Shown: positions 1 to 10,520, counted from the stretch's first letter. The stretch is DNA of 60,523 nucleotides from an uncultured Bacilli bacterium (GCA_947588765.1 CANPZG010000004.1:1-60523), one strand, 5' to 3'. Translations and numbers: made by a program. Notes: generated from the sequence alone by a model not told the origin.

Positions 1-171
1 ACAGTAGAAGGAGAAACAACAACTCTTTATATCAAAAAAATATTTGAAAAGAAAAAAATAACCATTTCGCGACTTTCATATGGTATTCCAATGGGAGCCG
101 AAATTGATTATTTGGATATTATAACTTTGGATAAAGCTTTAGAGGATCGTAAAAAGATAAGCGAAGAATAA
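1..171 (+). CDS. recR: Recombination protein RecR, C-terminal fragment (5' end lies outside the window)
   Basis: Frame 1 reads TVEGETTTLYIKKIFEKKKITISRLSYGIPMGAEIDYLDIITLDKALEDRKKISEE-stop (TAA at 169-171). This matches the Toprim/C-terminal part of RecR. Confidence 0.8.
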   Translation, partial: TVEGETTTLYIKKIFEKKKITISRLSYGIPMGAEIDYLDIITLDKALEDRKKISEE

Positions 172-211
172 TTACTAGACTTGGACATATAATTTATTGA
201 GGAAAAATTAT

Positions 212-406
212 ATGGCAAAATATGGAATATTAGTTTTAAAATTAATCAAAAAAATAATATTAGCATTTTGTTTTATTTATGGATTTGATTTTATTGTTTC
301 AGGTATGAATATCTTTATTCCAATTAATTTTGTAACCTTAAGTGTCGTAACAATTCTTGGCTTACCCGGCTTACTTGCTTTATTAGGAGTATATTTCATA
401 ATTTAG
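212..406 (+). CDS. bofA: BofA-family small membrane protein (inhibitor of pro-sigma-K processing)
   Basis: C-terminal FIPINFVTLSVVTILGLPGLLALLGVYFI resembles B. subtilis BofA (..VPINLVTTAISGILGIPGIAALVVIK..). GAGGAAAA RBS precedes the ATG at 212; the ORF track opens at TTG 197. The position near recR matches Bacillus. Confidence 0.7.
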   Translation: MAKYGILVLKLIKKIILAFCFIYGFDFIVSGMNIFIPINFVTLSVVTILGLPGLLALLGVYFII

Positions 407-414
407 GAGGATAA

Positions 415-1245
415 GTGATTGCAGCAAAAAAGTTAGAAAAATTAGTTAATCTTTATCATGAGGATGCACTTTCTCATGTTTATTTGCTTGAGACAAATGA
501 TATGGATTTAGCTATGCAAGATATTTTAACTTTTGTAAAAGCAATCAATTGTCAACAAGAGTACAATGATAATTGTGATAAATGTAATTTATGTAACTTA
601 GTAAATCAAGCCACATTACCATCTTTAATAATTATTGAACCTGATGGTAATATGATAAAAAAAGAACAAGTACTTGATTTAAAGAAAAGATTTAGTTTTA
701 AACCAATTTATACCCCAAACAATATTTATGTTATTAAAATGGCCGATAAATTAAACGGAGCTAGTGCTAATACAATGTTAAAATTTATTGAAGAACCGGG
801 AGAAGCTATAATAGGTTTTTTGCTTACAACTAATCTAAATAATGTTATTCCAACGATAAAAAGTAGATGCGAATTAATTTCTTTAATTTATGATGAATCT
901 ACTGAAACAAATGAAGATAATGTTTATGAAAAGAAAGCAAATGAATACTTAGAAAAAATAGAGCTAGAAAAAGTTGATAAAATTATGTATAATAGAGACG
1001 TAATTTTAAATGATTATCCTGAACGAGGCGATGTTGAGGCAATATTTAAAGAAATTTTTAATATTTATATGAAAGCATATAATGGGGAAGAAATTTCTTA
1101 TTTAAAAAATCTTTCTTATGAAGATTTTAGATTTCGTCTTAAATTAGTAATTAATTTTTTAGATAATATTAATTATAATGCCAATGTTGAATTGTTGATG
1201 GATAAATTTGTTATAGAATTGAGTGAGAGATATGAAAGTATATAG
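415..1245 (+). CDS. holB: DNA polymerase III delta-prime subunit
   Basis: 276 aa with a GTG start after a GGAGGA RBS. Clamp-loader signature LKFIEEPGE...IPTIKSRC. Conserved recR/holB/ricT neighbourhood. Confidence 0.8.
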   Translation: MIAAKKLEKLVNLYHEDALSHVYLLETNDMDLAMQDILTFVKAINCQQEYNDNCDKCNLCNLVNQATLPSLIIIEPDGNMIKKEQVLDLKKRFSFKPIYTPNNIYVIKMADKLNGASANTMLKFIEEPGEAIIGFLLTTNLNNVIPTIKSRCELISLIYDESTETNEDNVYEKKANEYLEKIELEKVDKIMYNRDVILNDYPERGDVEAIFKEIFNIYMKAYNGEEISYLKNLSYEDFRFRLKLVINFLDNINYNANVELLMDKFVIELSERYESI

Positions 1246-1993
1246 TATTTTATTTAGTGATAGTGGTAAAGGTTACAATTTTAAATACGATGGTGATTTA
1301 AAAAAGAACGATTATGTTATTGTTGATACCGAAAATGGGCTTCAATATGGTAAAGTATATGAAGAATTACCTAAAGCTAAAAGTGATGAGTTAAAAAGAA
1401 TTATAAGATTAGCAACCGAAGAAGATACCAATATCTATATGGACAATTTAAAAGATGCCACGGAAGCAAGAGAAAAGTGCATTGAGCTAGTTAAAAAATT
1501 AGATTTAAAAATGAATGTGTTAAGTGCTAAATTTTCATTTGATAGAACGCAACTTTTATTCGATTTTACTGCTGATGATCGAGTTGATTTTCGAGAACTA
1601 GCTCGCAAACTTGCTGGTATTTATCATACAAGAATCGAACTTCATCAAATTGGTGCAAGAGATAAAGCCAAGAAAATTGGTGGTCTTGGGGTATGTGGTG
1701 AAAAACTATGTTGTCAAAGATTTTTAAATAAAATTGATACTGTTTCTATGAATATGGCTAAAAATCAAAACTTAGCTTTAAATCCTAGTAAGATAAATGG
1801 CTGTTGTGGTAGATTGATGTGTTGTTTAGCCTATGAAGAAGCTGCTTATGAAGAAAATAACAAAAATATGCCTCAAATAGGTAGCAAAGTTAATACGAGC
1901 AAAGGTGAAGGACAAGTTATTAGTGTTAATATTTTAGAAAAGAAATATAAGGTTTTAATAGATGGTGAAAAAGAGGAGTTTGAAGTTGAATAA
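1232..1993 (+). CDS. ricT: PSP1-domain protein RicT/YaaT (stage 0 sporulation, RNase Y regulator complex)
   Basis: PSP1 C-terminal domain with Cys clusters CGEKLCCQRF and NGCCGRLMCCLAYE. ATG 1232 follows GAGTGAGAGA; the ORF track opens at GTG 1223. Confidence 0.85.
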   Translation: MKVYSILFSDSGKGYNFKYDGDLKKNDYVIVDTENGLQYGKVYEELPKAKSDELKRIIRLATEEDTNIYMDNLKDATEAREKCIELVKKLDLKMNVLSAKFSFDRTQLLFDFTADDRVDFRELARKLAGIYHTRIELHQIGARDKAKKIGGLGVCGEKLCCQRFLNKIDTVSMNMAKNQNLALNPSKINGCCGRLMCCLAYEEAAYEENNKNMPQIGSKVNTSKGEGQVISVNILEKKYKVLIDGEKEEFEVE

Positions 1994-2705
1994 TTTGGTA
2001 AAAAACGATTTATTTGATTATCCAAATCGTTACATTTATCAATATAATGATGGTTTTAAATTTTCCATTGATTCAATTTTACTCGCGGAATTTGTCGATA
2101 TAAAAAATAATGCTAAAGAAATACTTGATATGTGCACGGGTAATGCTCCAATTCCTTTAATTATTTCGACAAAGACGGATAAACCGATTATTGGCTTTGA
2201 AATACAAAAAGAAATTTATGATTTAGCAATTATGTCTATAAAAGAAAATAATTTAAAAAACCAAATACAAATTATTAATGATGATATAAAAAACATTAAA
2301 AAAATATTTCCCGGGAAATATTTTGATATAATTACTTGTAATCCTCCATACTTTGCTTTAAATAATGAGATTGAAAATAATAAAAACATTATTAAAAGTA
2401 TTGCCCGGCATGAAATAACCATAGATTTAGAAAATATTTTTAAAATAGTGAGCGATATTTTAAGTGATAATGGTAGTTTTTATTTAGTCCATAGGATGGA
2501 AAGAATAGATGATATTATTTTATATGCTGATAAAAATAAATTAAAAATAAAAGAGTTACAAATAATTTGCACGAAAGAAAACTTATGTAAAATCGGTTTA
2601 TTTAAAATACAAAAACATGTTAAAAGAGGAATAAAAATAAATAAAATAATTGATATAAGTAAACTTAATACATATCAAAATATTTTTAGAAAGGAGTCAA
2701 AATGA
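1962..2705 (+). CDS. SAM-dependent N6-adenine methyltransferase, YabB/TrmN6-like
   Basis: NPPY motif (ITCNPPYF) and a Rossmann motif I region (ILDMCTGNAPIPL). An alternative start is TTG 1986, 7 nt after the AAGAGGAG RBS. Confidence 0.7.
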   Translation: MVKKRSLKLNNLVKNDLFDYPNRYIYQYNDGFKFSIDSILLAEFVDIKNNAKEILDMCTGNAPIPLIISTKTDKPIIGFEIQKEIYDLAIMSIKENNLKNQIQIINDDIKNIKKIFPGKYFDIITCNPPYFALNNEIENNKNIIKSIARHEITIDLENIFKIVSDILSDNGSFYLVHRMERIDDIILYADKNKLKIKELQIICTKENLCKIGLFKIQKHVKRGIKINKIIDISKLNTYQNIFRKESK

Positions 2706-3253
2706 AATTAATCGTGGGATTAGGTAATCCAGAAAAAAAATATGATAATACTAGACATAATATTGGTTTTATGGTATTGGATTACTATTTAAATAATGTT
2801 AATTGGCAAGAAAAATTTAATGCTTTATACTATAAAACTTTAATTAATAATGAAACAGTTATGTTTATTAAGCCTTTAACATATATGAATTTAAGTGGCC
2901 AAGCCGTAAGAGAATTTGTTAATTATTTTGATATTGATGTAAAAGATATCTTAATTATTCAAGATGATTTAGATGAAGAAATTGGATGTTTTAAATTAAA
3001 AACTAATAGTAGTTCGGGTGGTCATAATGGTATAAAATCAATTATCTCTGAGCTTAATACGCAAGACTTTGCCAGATTAAAAGTAGGAATAGGCACTGAT
3101 AATATAAATGACACAATCGATTATGTCTTAGGAAAATTTAACTCTAATGAACAAAAAATATTACATGATTTAATGCCAACATTTATGGAAATAATAAATA
3201 GTTTTATAGAAAAAGGTATTGAAAGGACAATGAATATTTATAATACTAAATAG
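2702..3253 (+). CDS. pth: Peptidyl-tRNA hydrolase
   Basis: MKLIVGLGNPEKKYDNTRHNIGF...GGHNGIKSI are classic Pth motifs. Overlaps the upstream stop by 4 nt. Confidence 0.93.
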   Translation: MKLIVGLGNPEKKYDNTRHNIGFMVLDYYLNNVNWQEKFNALYYKTLINNETVMFIKPLTYMNLSGQAVREFVNYFDIDVKDILIIQDDLDEEIGCFKLKTNSSSGGHNGIKSIISELNTQDFARLKVGIGTDNINDTIDYVLGKFNSNEQKILHDLMPTFMEIINSFIEKGIERTMNIYNTK

Positions 3254-3262
3254 AGGTAGATT

Positions 3263-6200
3263 ATGGATTTTCTTGATAAGTTTTTTAAATTTGAAAATAA
3301 TATCGAAATATCGGGTTTAACTTTAGAATTATGTACCCTTTATATTAATTCATTATTTAAAATTGATAATAAGAATATTTTAGTTGTTACTAATTCCTTA
3401 TATGAAGCAAATAACTTATATAATACTTTATCAACATATACAAATAAAGTTTTATTGTTTCCAATGGATGATTTTTTATCTTCAATGATTGTTGCCGAAA
3501 GTCCAGATTTAAAATATAAAAGATTAGAAACAATAGAAAAATTAAAAAATGAAAAAGCAAATATTGTTGTAACTAATTTAATTGGTTATTTAAAATTTTT
3601 GCCAAGTATTAATGCTGTTGATTCTTTAAAACTTACAGTTGGACAAGAAATTAAACGAGACACTTTAATTAATGAATTATTAGAATTTGGTTATCATCAA
3701 GATTCTTTAGTTACTCAAACGGGAGAATATGCTCTTCGTGGTTTTATTGTGGATATTTTTTCCCTTAATGAAGATCATCCGATTAGAATTGAATATGATG
3801 GAAATGTAATAGATGCTATAAAATACTTTGATGAAGATAGTCAACGATCTCTTAATGAATTAAAAGAAATAACGATTAAACCAATTGATGAAATTAAAAC
3901 AGGAGAAATTAACTCTTTATATGATTATGCTAATAAACCTAAAGTAATATTTATTGATTATAATCAAATTGAAGCTGCTTATGCCAAACTCGCTGAAGAT
4001 GTTTTTAATTATCAAGTAAGTAATGAAGTAAAAACAAAAATGATGTATGAACTAACTGATATTAATCCTAATTTTACAATAAAACTTAATAAATTTGGTT
4101 CTAATGTTAATAATTATAAGGCTACAACTATTGCTAATTATAATTTAGATTTTGATAGATTAAAAGAAGATTGCTATAAATTTGAAAAACAAGGCAAAGA
4201 AGTTATTTTTTGCCTATCTACTAAAACTCAAATAAATAAAATAAGAGAAATATTACCTAGTGTTAAAATAATAAATAAAAAAATTAATAATGGATTTATT
4301 ATTGATAGTTATGTTGTTATTGGTGAAAATGATATTGAAGAACAAAAACGACATATTAATTATAAAAATAATTATCGAATAGGAAAGAAAATTAAAAATT
4401 TTGACCAATTAAATAAAGGAGATTATGTTGTTCATTTAGCTCATGGTATAGGTGTTTATCAAGGAATAAAAACCTTAACTGTTCGAGGAGTTGAAAAAGA
4501 CTTTTTAGAAATATCCTATGCCGGAACAGATAAAATTTATGTTCCTGTTGAAAAAATAAGTTCGATTTATAAATATTCTGATAAAGATGGCTCTGTACCT
4601 AAAATAAATAAATTAGGTAGCCTAAATTGGAGTAAAACGAAAAAATATATTGAAAGCAAAATTAAAGATATTTCGGCTGATTTGTTAAATTTATACAAAG
4701 AAAGAATTAAAGTTATTGGTCAAAAATATCTTGATTATTCTGAAGAAGAAACTTTTGCTAGTACTTTTCAATATGAATTGACTGCTGATCAAGAAAAAAC
4801 AATTAAAGAAATAAATAATGATTTAAAGAAAAGTAGTCCAATGGATAGATTATTATGTGGCGATGTTGGTTTTGGTAAAACGGAAGTAGCCATGCGTGCC
4901 ATATTTAAAACTATAATTAATAATCATCAAGTAATGTATCTATGCCCGACAACTATTCTTTCAAAACAACAATATTTGGTTGCTAAGGAAAGATTTAAAG
5001 ATTGGCCAATTGAAGTAGCTTTATTAAATCGACATGTATCAACAGCTAAAGCTAAAATTATTCTTGAAGATTTAGCTAAAGGTAAAATAGATCTTATTAT
5101 TGGAACTCATCGGTTATTAAGTGATGATGTAAAATTTAAAGATTTAGGGTTACTTGTTGTTGATGAAGAACAACGTTTTGGCGTTACTCACAAGGAAAAA
5201 ATCAAATCTATTAAAAATGATGTTAATGTTTTAACTTTAAGTGCTACCCCTATTCCAAGAACTTTAAAAATGGCGATGTCTGGCTTAAGAGATTTATCAG
5301 TTATTGATACCCCTCCAGTGAATCGATATCCTGTGCAAACTTATGTTGTGCTAGAGGATGATTTAATAATTCGGGATGCTATTTATAAAGAATTATCTCG
5401 AGGAGGACAAGTATTTATTTTATATAACTATGTAGAATCAATTGAAAAATATACTGCTCATATTGCATCATTAGTGCCTGAGGCGAGAATAACATTTGCA
5501 CACGGTCAAATGCCAAAGAATACTTTAGATAATATTATGACCGATTTTATTGATGAAAAGTTTGATATTTTAATATGCACAACCATAATAGAAAGTGGAA
5601 TCGATATTCCTAATGTTAATACTTTAATTGTCCACGATGCTGATAGATTTGGCTTAAGTCAACTTTATCAAATAAGAGGACGGGTTGGTCGTAGTAATAG
5701 AATTGCTTATGCTTACTTACTTTATAGTAAAAACAAAGTCTTAAATGAAATCGCTGTTAAAAGATTAGAAACTATCAAAGATTTCACAGAGTTAGGTAGT
5801 GGATATAGAATTGCAATGCGTGATTTAAGTATTAGAGGGGCTGGTGATATTTTTGGTGCTTCACAAGCTGGCTTTGTCGATAGCGTGGGGATTTCTTTAT
5901 ATATGAAAATGATTGAAGACGAAATGAAAAGACAACAAGGTATTGAAGTTTATGAAGAAGATGATTCAACAAATGCTTTAATCAATGTTAAAACTCATAT
6001 TAGTGATGATTATGTTAGTGACGAAGATATTAAAATTGAAATTCACCAAAAGATTAATGAAATTGATTCTTATGATAAATTATTAGAAATAAAACAAGAA
6101 TTAGAGGACCGCTTTGGTAAAATAAATGATGATTTATTAGTTTATATGTATGAAGAATGGTTTGAAAAAATATGCCATAAGTACAATATTACTAAAGTTA

Positions 6201-6409
6201 CGCAAACGGATCGAATGGTTGAAATAGAATTACCAGAAGAATTATCTAATACAATCAAAGGGGATAAATTATTACTTGAAGCTTTATCTTTATCTCGAAA
6301 TTTTAATATTAAGTATGTTAATAAAAGAATAATAATCCAATTACTTTATAAAACATTAGATAAACATTTTGTTTTCTATTTAGTGTCCTTATTTGATAAA
6401 GTATTATAA
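3263..6409 (+). CDS. mfd: Transcription-repair coupling factor
   Basis: 1048 aa. CarD/TRCF RNAP-interaction region (GDYVVHLAHGIGVYQG), SF2 helicase motifs (GDVGFGKTEVAMRA, DEEQRFG, LSATPIPRTL, QLYQIRGRVGRS) and a TRCF C-terminal domain. Confidence 0.96.
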   Translation: MDFLDKFFKFENNIEISGLTLELCTLYINSLFKIDNKNILVVTNSLYEANNLYNTLSTYTNKVLLFPMDDFLSSMIVAESPDLKYKRLETIEKLKNEKANIVVTNLIGYLKFLPSINAVDSLKLTVGQEIKRDTLINELLEFGYHQDSLVTQTGEYALRGFIVDIFSLNEDHPIRIEYDGNVIDAIKYFDEDSQRSLNELKEITIKPIDEIKTGEINSLYDYANKPKVIFIDYNQIEAAYAKLAEDVFNYQVSNEVKTKMMYELTDINPNFTIKLNKFGSNVNNYKATTIANYNLDFDRLKEDCYKFEKQGKEVIFCLSTKTQINKIREILPSVKIINKKINNGFIIDSYVVIGENDIEEQKRHINYKNNYRIGKKIKNFDQLNKGDYVVHLAHGIGVYQGIKTLTVRGVEKDFLEISYAGTDKIYVPVEKISSIYKYSDKDGSVPKINKLGSLNWSKTKKYIESKIKDISADLLNLYKERIKVIGQKYLDYSEEETFASTFQYELTADQEKTIKEINNDLKKSSPMDRLLCGDVGFGKTEVAMRAIFKTIINNHQVMYLCPTTILSKQQYLVAKERFKDWPIEVALLNRHVSTAKAKIILEDLAKGKIDLIIGTHRLLSDDVKFKDLGLLVVDEEQRFGVTHKEKIKSIKNDVNVLTLSATPIPRTLKMAMSGLRDLSVIDTPPVNRYPVQTYVVLEDDLIIRDAIYKELSRGGQVFILYNYVESIEKYTAHIASLVPEARITFAHGQMPKNTLDNIMTDFIDEKFDILICTTIIESGIDIPNVNTLIVHDADRFGLSQLYQIRGRVGRSNRIAYAYLLYSKNKVLNEIAVKRLETIKDFTELGSGYRIAMRDLSIRGAGDIFGASQAGFVDSVGISLYMKMIEDEMKRQQGIEVYEEDDSTNALINVKTHISDDYVSDEDIKIEIHQKINEIDSYDKLLEIKQELEDRFGKINDDLLVYMYEEWFEKICHKYNITKVTQTDRMVEIELPEELSNTIKGDKLLLEALSLSRNFNIKYVNKRIIIQLLYKTLDKHFVFYLVSLFDKVL

Positions 6410-6440
6410 AAAAATTCAGTATTGTTTAACTGAATTTTTA
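6409..6440. terminator. Bidirectional hairpin terminator between convergent mfd and the J-domain gene
   Basis: AAAAAATTCAGT-attgttta-ACTGAATTTTT: an 11-bp stem flanked by an A-run and a T-run. Confidence 0.7.
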
Positions 6441-6452
6441 TTATTACTTTAG

Positions 6453-7586
6453 TTATTTTCTTTTTGTAACTAATTCTAAAGTGATTTCATCATTTATTTT
6501 ATATTTTTCTACTTTTTGATTATCTTTTTCTTTCTTTTGATATTCGTTAATTAAGCTTATCCAATCATCCGTATTTTTAAATAGATGATAAAAATCATAG
6601 GTATCCTTAAAGCAATAAATAAATTTATCATTATCTAGATATTTATCAATATTAATAATTTTTCTTAATTCATAGGCTTTCGAAAAATTATCATTTTTAA
6701 TAATATCAAAGAAGGTTTGAATTGTTGTTAAATAAGAATACATATCATGGAATGTTTCAAAAATTTTATTAACATTTAGTTTAAAATTTTCAATTATATT
6801 TCTAATACTGTATTTATTACTTCTAAAAGATTTTTTGGAAATAGCATCATTATAAAAAGCATTTATAACATTTTTTAAATTATCATAACTATCATAATGT
6901 GAATATTCTAATAATACATTATCTAATTTTTCTTTTAAATTATTATATTGACTGTATCTTTTTAAGTTATCTAATTCATTAAGAAATTGAGTAGGTAATG
7001 CTTCAAAATTAAGTAAACGATAAATGTGATTTAAGTGATAAACATCATCATAATTAATATAATTTTCATAGCAATAAGCATCTACTAATTCATCATATAT
7101 ACCAAAAATCATTTTAGTAAAAAATATATATTGCATTTTACCATCATAAGAAAATAAAGAAATATTTTTGATAGTTGTTACAACACATCTATTTATTCTA
7201 TTAATGTATGTTTTATAATAATCATGATAATTTTTGATATCATCTTTTCTTATTTGATAAGAATTTATTTTCGCAATAATGTTACTATATTGAGAATTAG
7301 TGTTCTTATTGTTGGAGTTAGAATGGGTGTGTGTATTGTGATTTGGGTTTGAATTAGTGTAGGGTCTTTTTGGTTTACCATTATCTAAAGCTTGTTTAAG
7401 TATATTATTAGCATTATTAATTTGTTTCATTTTTTCTAAAGCATTAGGGCTATGATTATAATCCGGATGATATTTTGTTGCTAATTTTCGGTAAGCTTTC
7501 TTCAATTCTTCTTCGGTATAATCTTCATTTAAACCAAGTAAATTTAAAGCATCATAGTATTCATTATGAAAATTATATTTATTCAT
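6453..7586 (-). CDS. J-domain (DnaJ-like) protein with an uncharacterised C-terminal region
   Basis: N-terminal [28 protein letters not shown] is a J domain with the HPD motif. A His/Asn/Ser low-complexity linker ([19 protein letters not shown]) follows. The remaining ~270 aa show no motif I recognise, and there is no Zn-finger or G/F region. Confidence 0.7.
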   Translation of the reverse strand: MNKYNFHNEYYDALNLLGLNEDYTEEELKKAYRKLATKYHPDYNHSPNALEKMKQINNANNILKQALDNGKPKRPYTNSNPNHNTHTHSNSNNKNTNSQYSNIIAKINSYQIRKDDIKNYHDYYKTYINRINRCVVTTIKNISLFSYDGKMQYIFFTKMIFGIYDELVDAYCYENYINYDDVYHLNHIYRLLNFEALPTQFLNELDNLKRYSQYNNLKEKLDNVLLEYSHYDSYDNLKNVINAFYNDAISKKSFRSNKYSIRNIIENFKLNVNKIFETFHDMYSYLTTIQTFFDIIKNDNFSKAYELRKIINIDKYLDNDKFIYCFKDTYDFYHLFKNTDDWISLINEYQKKEKDNQKVEKYKINDEITLELVTKRK

Positions 7587-7708
7587 ATCTCGTTCCTTCC
7601 TTTTTAATTTTCAAGTATACTAACATAACCTTTTTATTTTGTCAATTTTGGCAGTATAAAAAAAAGATATTAGTTAAAACTAAAAAGAGAAGAATTGGAG
7701 TGAAGTAG

Positions 7709-8227
7709 TTGAAAGCGACTGGGGTAACAAGAAAAATTGATGAGTTAGGAAGAATTGTTATTCCTAAAGAAATAAGAAGAAATTTGGGAATAAGAGACGG
7801 CGAAAACTTAGAAATATTTATCGATAACGAAGCAATATGTTTAAAAAAGCATAATCAAGTTCATAATTTTCTAGAATTAGGTTCAAGATTAATTGAAATA
7901 ATTACTTCCATTGTAGAAACCGATATTTTAATAACTGATAGAGAAAATGTTATATGTGGAAGTACAAAATATCAAAATGTGATAAATAAAAAAATAAATC
8001 AAAAATTAATTGATTTAATAGATGAAAGAGAAAATTATAATAGTGATGCTATTGAAGAAATTTCTTTTGAAAATGAGGTAGTAAAAGGGTATTTATCAAT
8101 AGTACCAATTATTTCTTCGATTGATTCCTTGGGTTTAGTAATTTTAGTTTCTGAAAAAAAAGAAGATAATAAAATAATAACGAAATTAATAGCTAAGATT
8201 TTAGCGGATAAAGTTGATATTTGTTGA
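7709..8227 (+). CDS. spoVT: Stage V sporulation protein T (AbrB/SpoVT-type swapped-hairpin DNA-binding domain plus GAF-like C-domain)
   Basis: TTG start. MKATGVTRKIDELGRIVIPKEIRRNLGIRDGENLEIF is the AbrB/SpoVT N-domain. At 172 aa the length matches SpoVT rather than the ~95 aa AbrB. Located downstream of mfd as in Bacillus. Confidence 0.8.
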   Translation: MKATGVTRKIDELGRIVIPKEIRRNLGIRDGENLEIFIDNEAICLKKHNQVHNFLELGSRLIEIITSIVETDILITDRENVICGSTKYQNVINKKINQKLIDLIDERENYNSDAIEEISFENEVVKGYLSIVPIISSIDSLGLVILVSEKKEDNKIITKLIAKILADKVDIC

Positions 8228-8286
8228 AATATCAATTTTTTAATGCTAAAATATTTCCCAGGAAATAATCGAAAGAAGGAATTTTA

Positions 8287-9042
8287 ATGTTTACAGATAC
8301 ACATTGTCATTTATATCATGAATATTATGAAGATTTAGATGTTGTTAGGGAAAACGCTAATAAAAATGGAATAAAAAATGCTATTAATAATGGGATAGAT
8401 CAAAAAACAAATGAAGAAGTTTTAAATGCTATTAAAGTTAATGATTATATGTATGGAGCTATAGGGATTCATCCCGAATGTGTTCATGATTATAAAGAAG
8501 AAGATTTAAAATTTATTGAAGAACATATTAATGATGAAAAAGTTTTAGCTATAGGAGAAATAGGTTTAGATTATCATTATGAAAAAACATCTAAAAAAGA
8601 ACAAATGGAATTATTTGAACGCCAATTAAAACTTGCTGAAAAATATGATAAACCTGTAGTAATTCATAGTAGAGAAGCAACTCAAGATACCATAGATACT
8701 TTAAAAAAATATAAAGTAAGAGGTGTAATTCATTCTTTCTCTGGCTCTTTAGAAGTAGCTAAAATTTACATAAAAATGGGATTTTTATTAGGTATAAATG
8801 GGGTTATAACTTTTAAAAATTCTAATATTAAAGATGTTTATGCTCAAATTCCTTTGGATAAAATTTTATTAGAAACGGATTCTCCTTATTTAACTCCACA
8901 CCCTTATCGGGGACAAAGAAATGAACCAATGTATATAAAAGATATTGCATTATTTGTTGCTAATTTAAAAAATATTTCACTTGAAGAATTATCTAAAATA
9001 ACTGAAGAAAATATTCATAATTTATTTTTCAAAAATTGCTAG
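8287..9042 (+). CDS. tatD: TatD-family metal-dependent DNase/hydrolase (YabD-like)
   Basis: FTDTHCHL..., GEIGLDYHY, VVIHSREA and LETDSPYLTP are TatD signature motifs. Confidence 0.9.
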   Translation: MFTDTHCHLYHEYYEDLDVVRENANKNGIKNAINNGIDQKTNEEVLNAIKVNDYMYGAIGIHPECVHDYKEEDLKFIEEHINDEKVLAIGEIGLDYHYEKTSKKEQMELFERQLKLAEKYDKPVVIHSREATQDTIDTLKKYKVRGVIHSFSGSLEVAKIYIKMGFLLGINGVITFKNSNIKDVYAQIPLDKILLETDSPYLTPHPYRGQRNEPMYIKDIALFVANLKNISLEELSKITEENIHNLFFKNC

Positions 9043-9108
9043 GTATAAACTAGTTTTAAAATCATAATATTTTTTAGAAAATAATTTTTAAAAATGTCCG
9101 TAGTTACT

Positions 9109-9137
9109 TTGACAAACACACAAAAAAATGCTACAAT
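9109..9137 (+). promoter_or_regulatory. Sigma-A-type promoter for the 3D-domain gene
   Basis: TTGACA (9109-9114), 17-nt spacer, TACAAT (9132-9137), preceded by an extended -10 TG (TGCTACAAT). Confidence 0.6.
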
Positions 9138-9163
9138 ATTATTGTCCTATTAAGGAGGAAAAA

Positions 9164-9700
9164 ATGAAGAAATTAATCAATTATACAATTCGTTTTATAT
9201 TGGTTATTTTAATTATATTTGTAGCTAATACTAGTGCAAATATTTATGAAACTAAAATAGAAAATAATAATGTTAATCAAACTATAAATTTATCAACTAT
9301 GGCTTTAAAAGTTATTGAAGTTAGTAAATCTGATAAATTCTTAGCTAAAGATACTTTTACTGGTGATTTAACCGGTTATGCTTATAATTGTCCTTTATGT
9401 GGTGGTACTTTAGGTTGCAAACCAAGTTATAATATTAAAGATGGTACAACTACTTATCCTGATAATGAATATGGTAATGTTTATATTGTAGCTTCAAGTA
9501 AAAATTTACCATGTGGTTCAATTGTAAGATTTAATAGTGACCGAGTTTCAGATAATGAAGTTTATGCTATTGTCTTAGACCGTGGGGTAAGAGGTAATGC
9601 TTTAGATTTATTAGTTCCTAGTGAAGAATATGCTTCAAGATATATTGGCAGAAGCAGTATAACTTATGATGTATTAAGAAGTGGTTGGGATGAAAATTAA
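9164..9700 (+). CDS. Secreted 3D-domain protein (YabE/Rpf-like cell-wall-binding or lytic transglycosylase fold)
   Basis: AAGGAGG RBS then ATG 9164. N-terminal signal/anchor MKKLINYTIRFILVILIIFVANTSA. C-terminal FTGDLTGYAYNCPLCGG...GSIVRF...YAIVLDRG..GNALDLLV fits the 3D domain pattern. Confidence 0.7.
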   Translation: MKKLINYTIRFILVILIIFVANTSANIYETKIENNNVNQTINLSTMALKVIEVSKSDKFLAKDTFTGDLTGYAYNCPLCGGTLGCKPSYNIKDGTTTYPDNEYGNVYIVASSKNLPCGSIVRFNSDRVSDNEVYAIVLDRGVRGNALDLLVPSEEYASRYIGRSSITYDVLRSGWDEN

Positions 9701-10466
9701 AAAAAGCTTAGGCCAAAACTTTTTGATAAGCAATGAAATAATAAATAAAATTGTTGATTCCATTACTGCTAATTCCAATGATTTAATTATTGAAATTGGT
9801 CCAGGACGAGGAGCTTTAACTAAAAAAATAATTACCAAAAATTCATACTTTTTGGCTTACGAAATTGATAATGATTTAATTCCTAATTTAAAATTATTGG
9901 AAAATGAAAAAATTAAAATAAAACATGAAGACTTTTTAAAAGCTAATATAAAAGAAGATATAAAGGAAATTCCATTTAATAATCTTTTTATTGTGGGAAA
10001 TCTTCCTTATTACATTACAACGCCAATAATTGAAAAAATAATGCAAGAGGATTTAAAGTTAACTAGTTTAACTATTATGGTGCAAAAAGAAGTTGGCGAA
10101 AGATTTATGGCTGAACCAAAATCTAAGGAATATGGATATTTTACATGTCTCTTAAAATATTATTTTGATATTGAGAAATTGACTTTAGTACCCAATACAG
10201 CGTTCTTTCCTAAACCTAAAGTTGATAGTGTAGTCTTAAGATTAACTCCAAGAGCCGAAAAGCCGGATATTGATATTAAAAAATATCAAGAATTTTTAAA
10301 ACAAGTTTTTAGACAAAAAAGAAAGACTTTAAAAAATAATTTAATGAGTGAAAATTGGGAAGAAATAAAAGCTATTTTAGAAAAATATAATTTATCAGAA
10401 TCAGTTAGAGCTGAGGAATTAACGGAAGAAATTTTATTAGATATTTTTAAAACTTTGAAAAAATAA
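9690..10466 (+). CDS. rsmA: 16S rRNA (adenine1518/1519-N6)-dimethyltransferase
   Basis: KKSLGQNFL, EIGPGRGALT and GNLPYYITTPI are canonical KsgA/RsmA motifs. The ORF track opens at 9681. Confidence 0.92.
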   Translation: MKIKKSLGQNFLISNEIINKIVDSITANSNDLIIEIGPGRGALTKKIITKNSYFLAYEIDNDLIPNLKLLENEKIKIKHEDFLKANIKEDIKEIPFNNLFIVGNLPYYITTPIIEKIMQEDLKLTSLTIMVQKEVGERFMAEPKSKEYGYFTCLLKYYFDIEKLTLVPNTAFFPKPKVDSVVLRLTPRAEKPDIDIKKYQEFLKQVFRQKRKTLKNNLMSENWEEIKAILEKYNLSESVRAEELTEEILLDIFKTLKK

Positions 10467-10520
10467 AATAGGAAAGGTTATTGAATTTGTCAATAATCTT
10501 TTTCTTTTGCATATATTTTA

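Noticed and set aside
2216-8235. Small ORFs at 2216-2422(-), 7475-7708(+), 8035-8235(-), 11759-11941(+), 14474-14665(-), 26641-26859(-), 32037-32366(-), 53782-53964(-) and 54348-54560(-).
   Set aside because: Each is antisense to, or overlaps, a well-supported gene or spans a promoter region. None has an RBS or a recognisable motif.
9043-9163. A possible cyclic-di-AMP (ydaO-type) riboswitch upstream of the 3D-domain/Rpf-like gene.
   Set aside because: The predicted promoter (-10 at 9132-9137) leaves only ~25 nt of 5' UTR, which is far too short for that riboswitch. No conserved pseudo-two-fold motif is visible.
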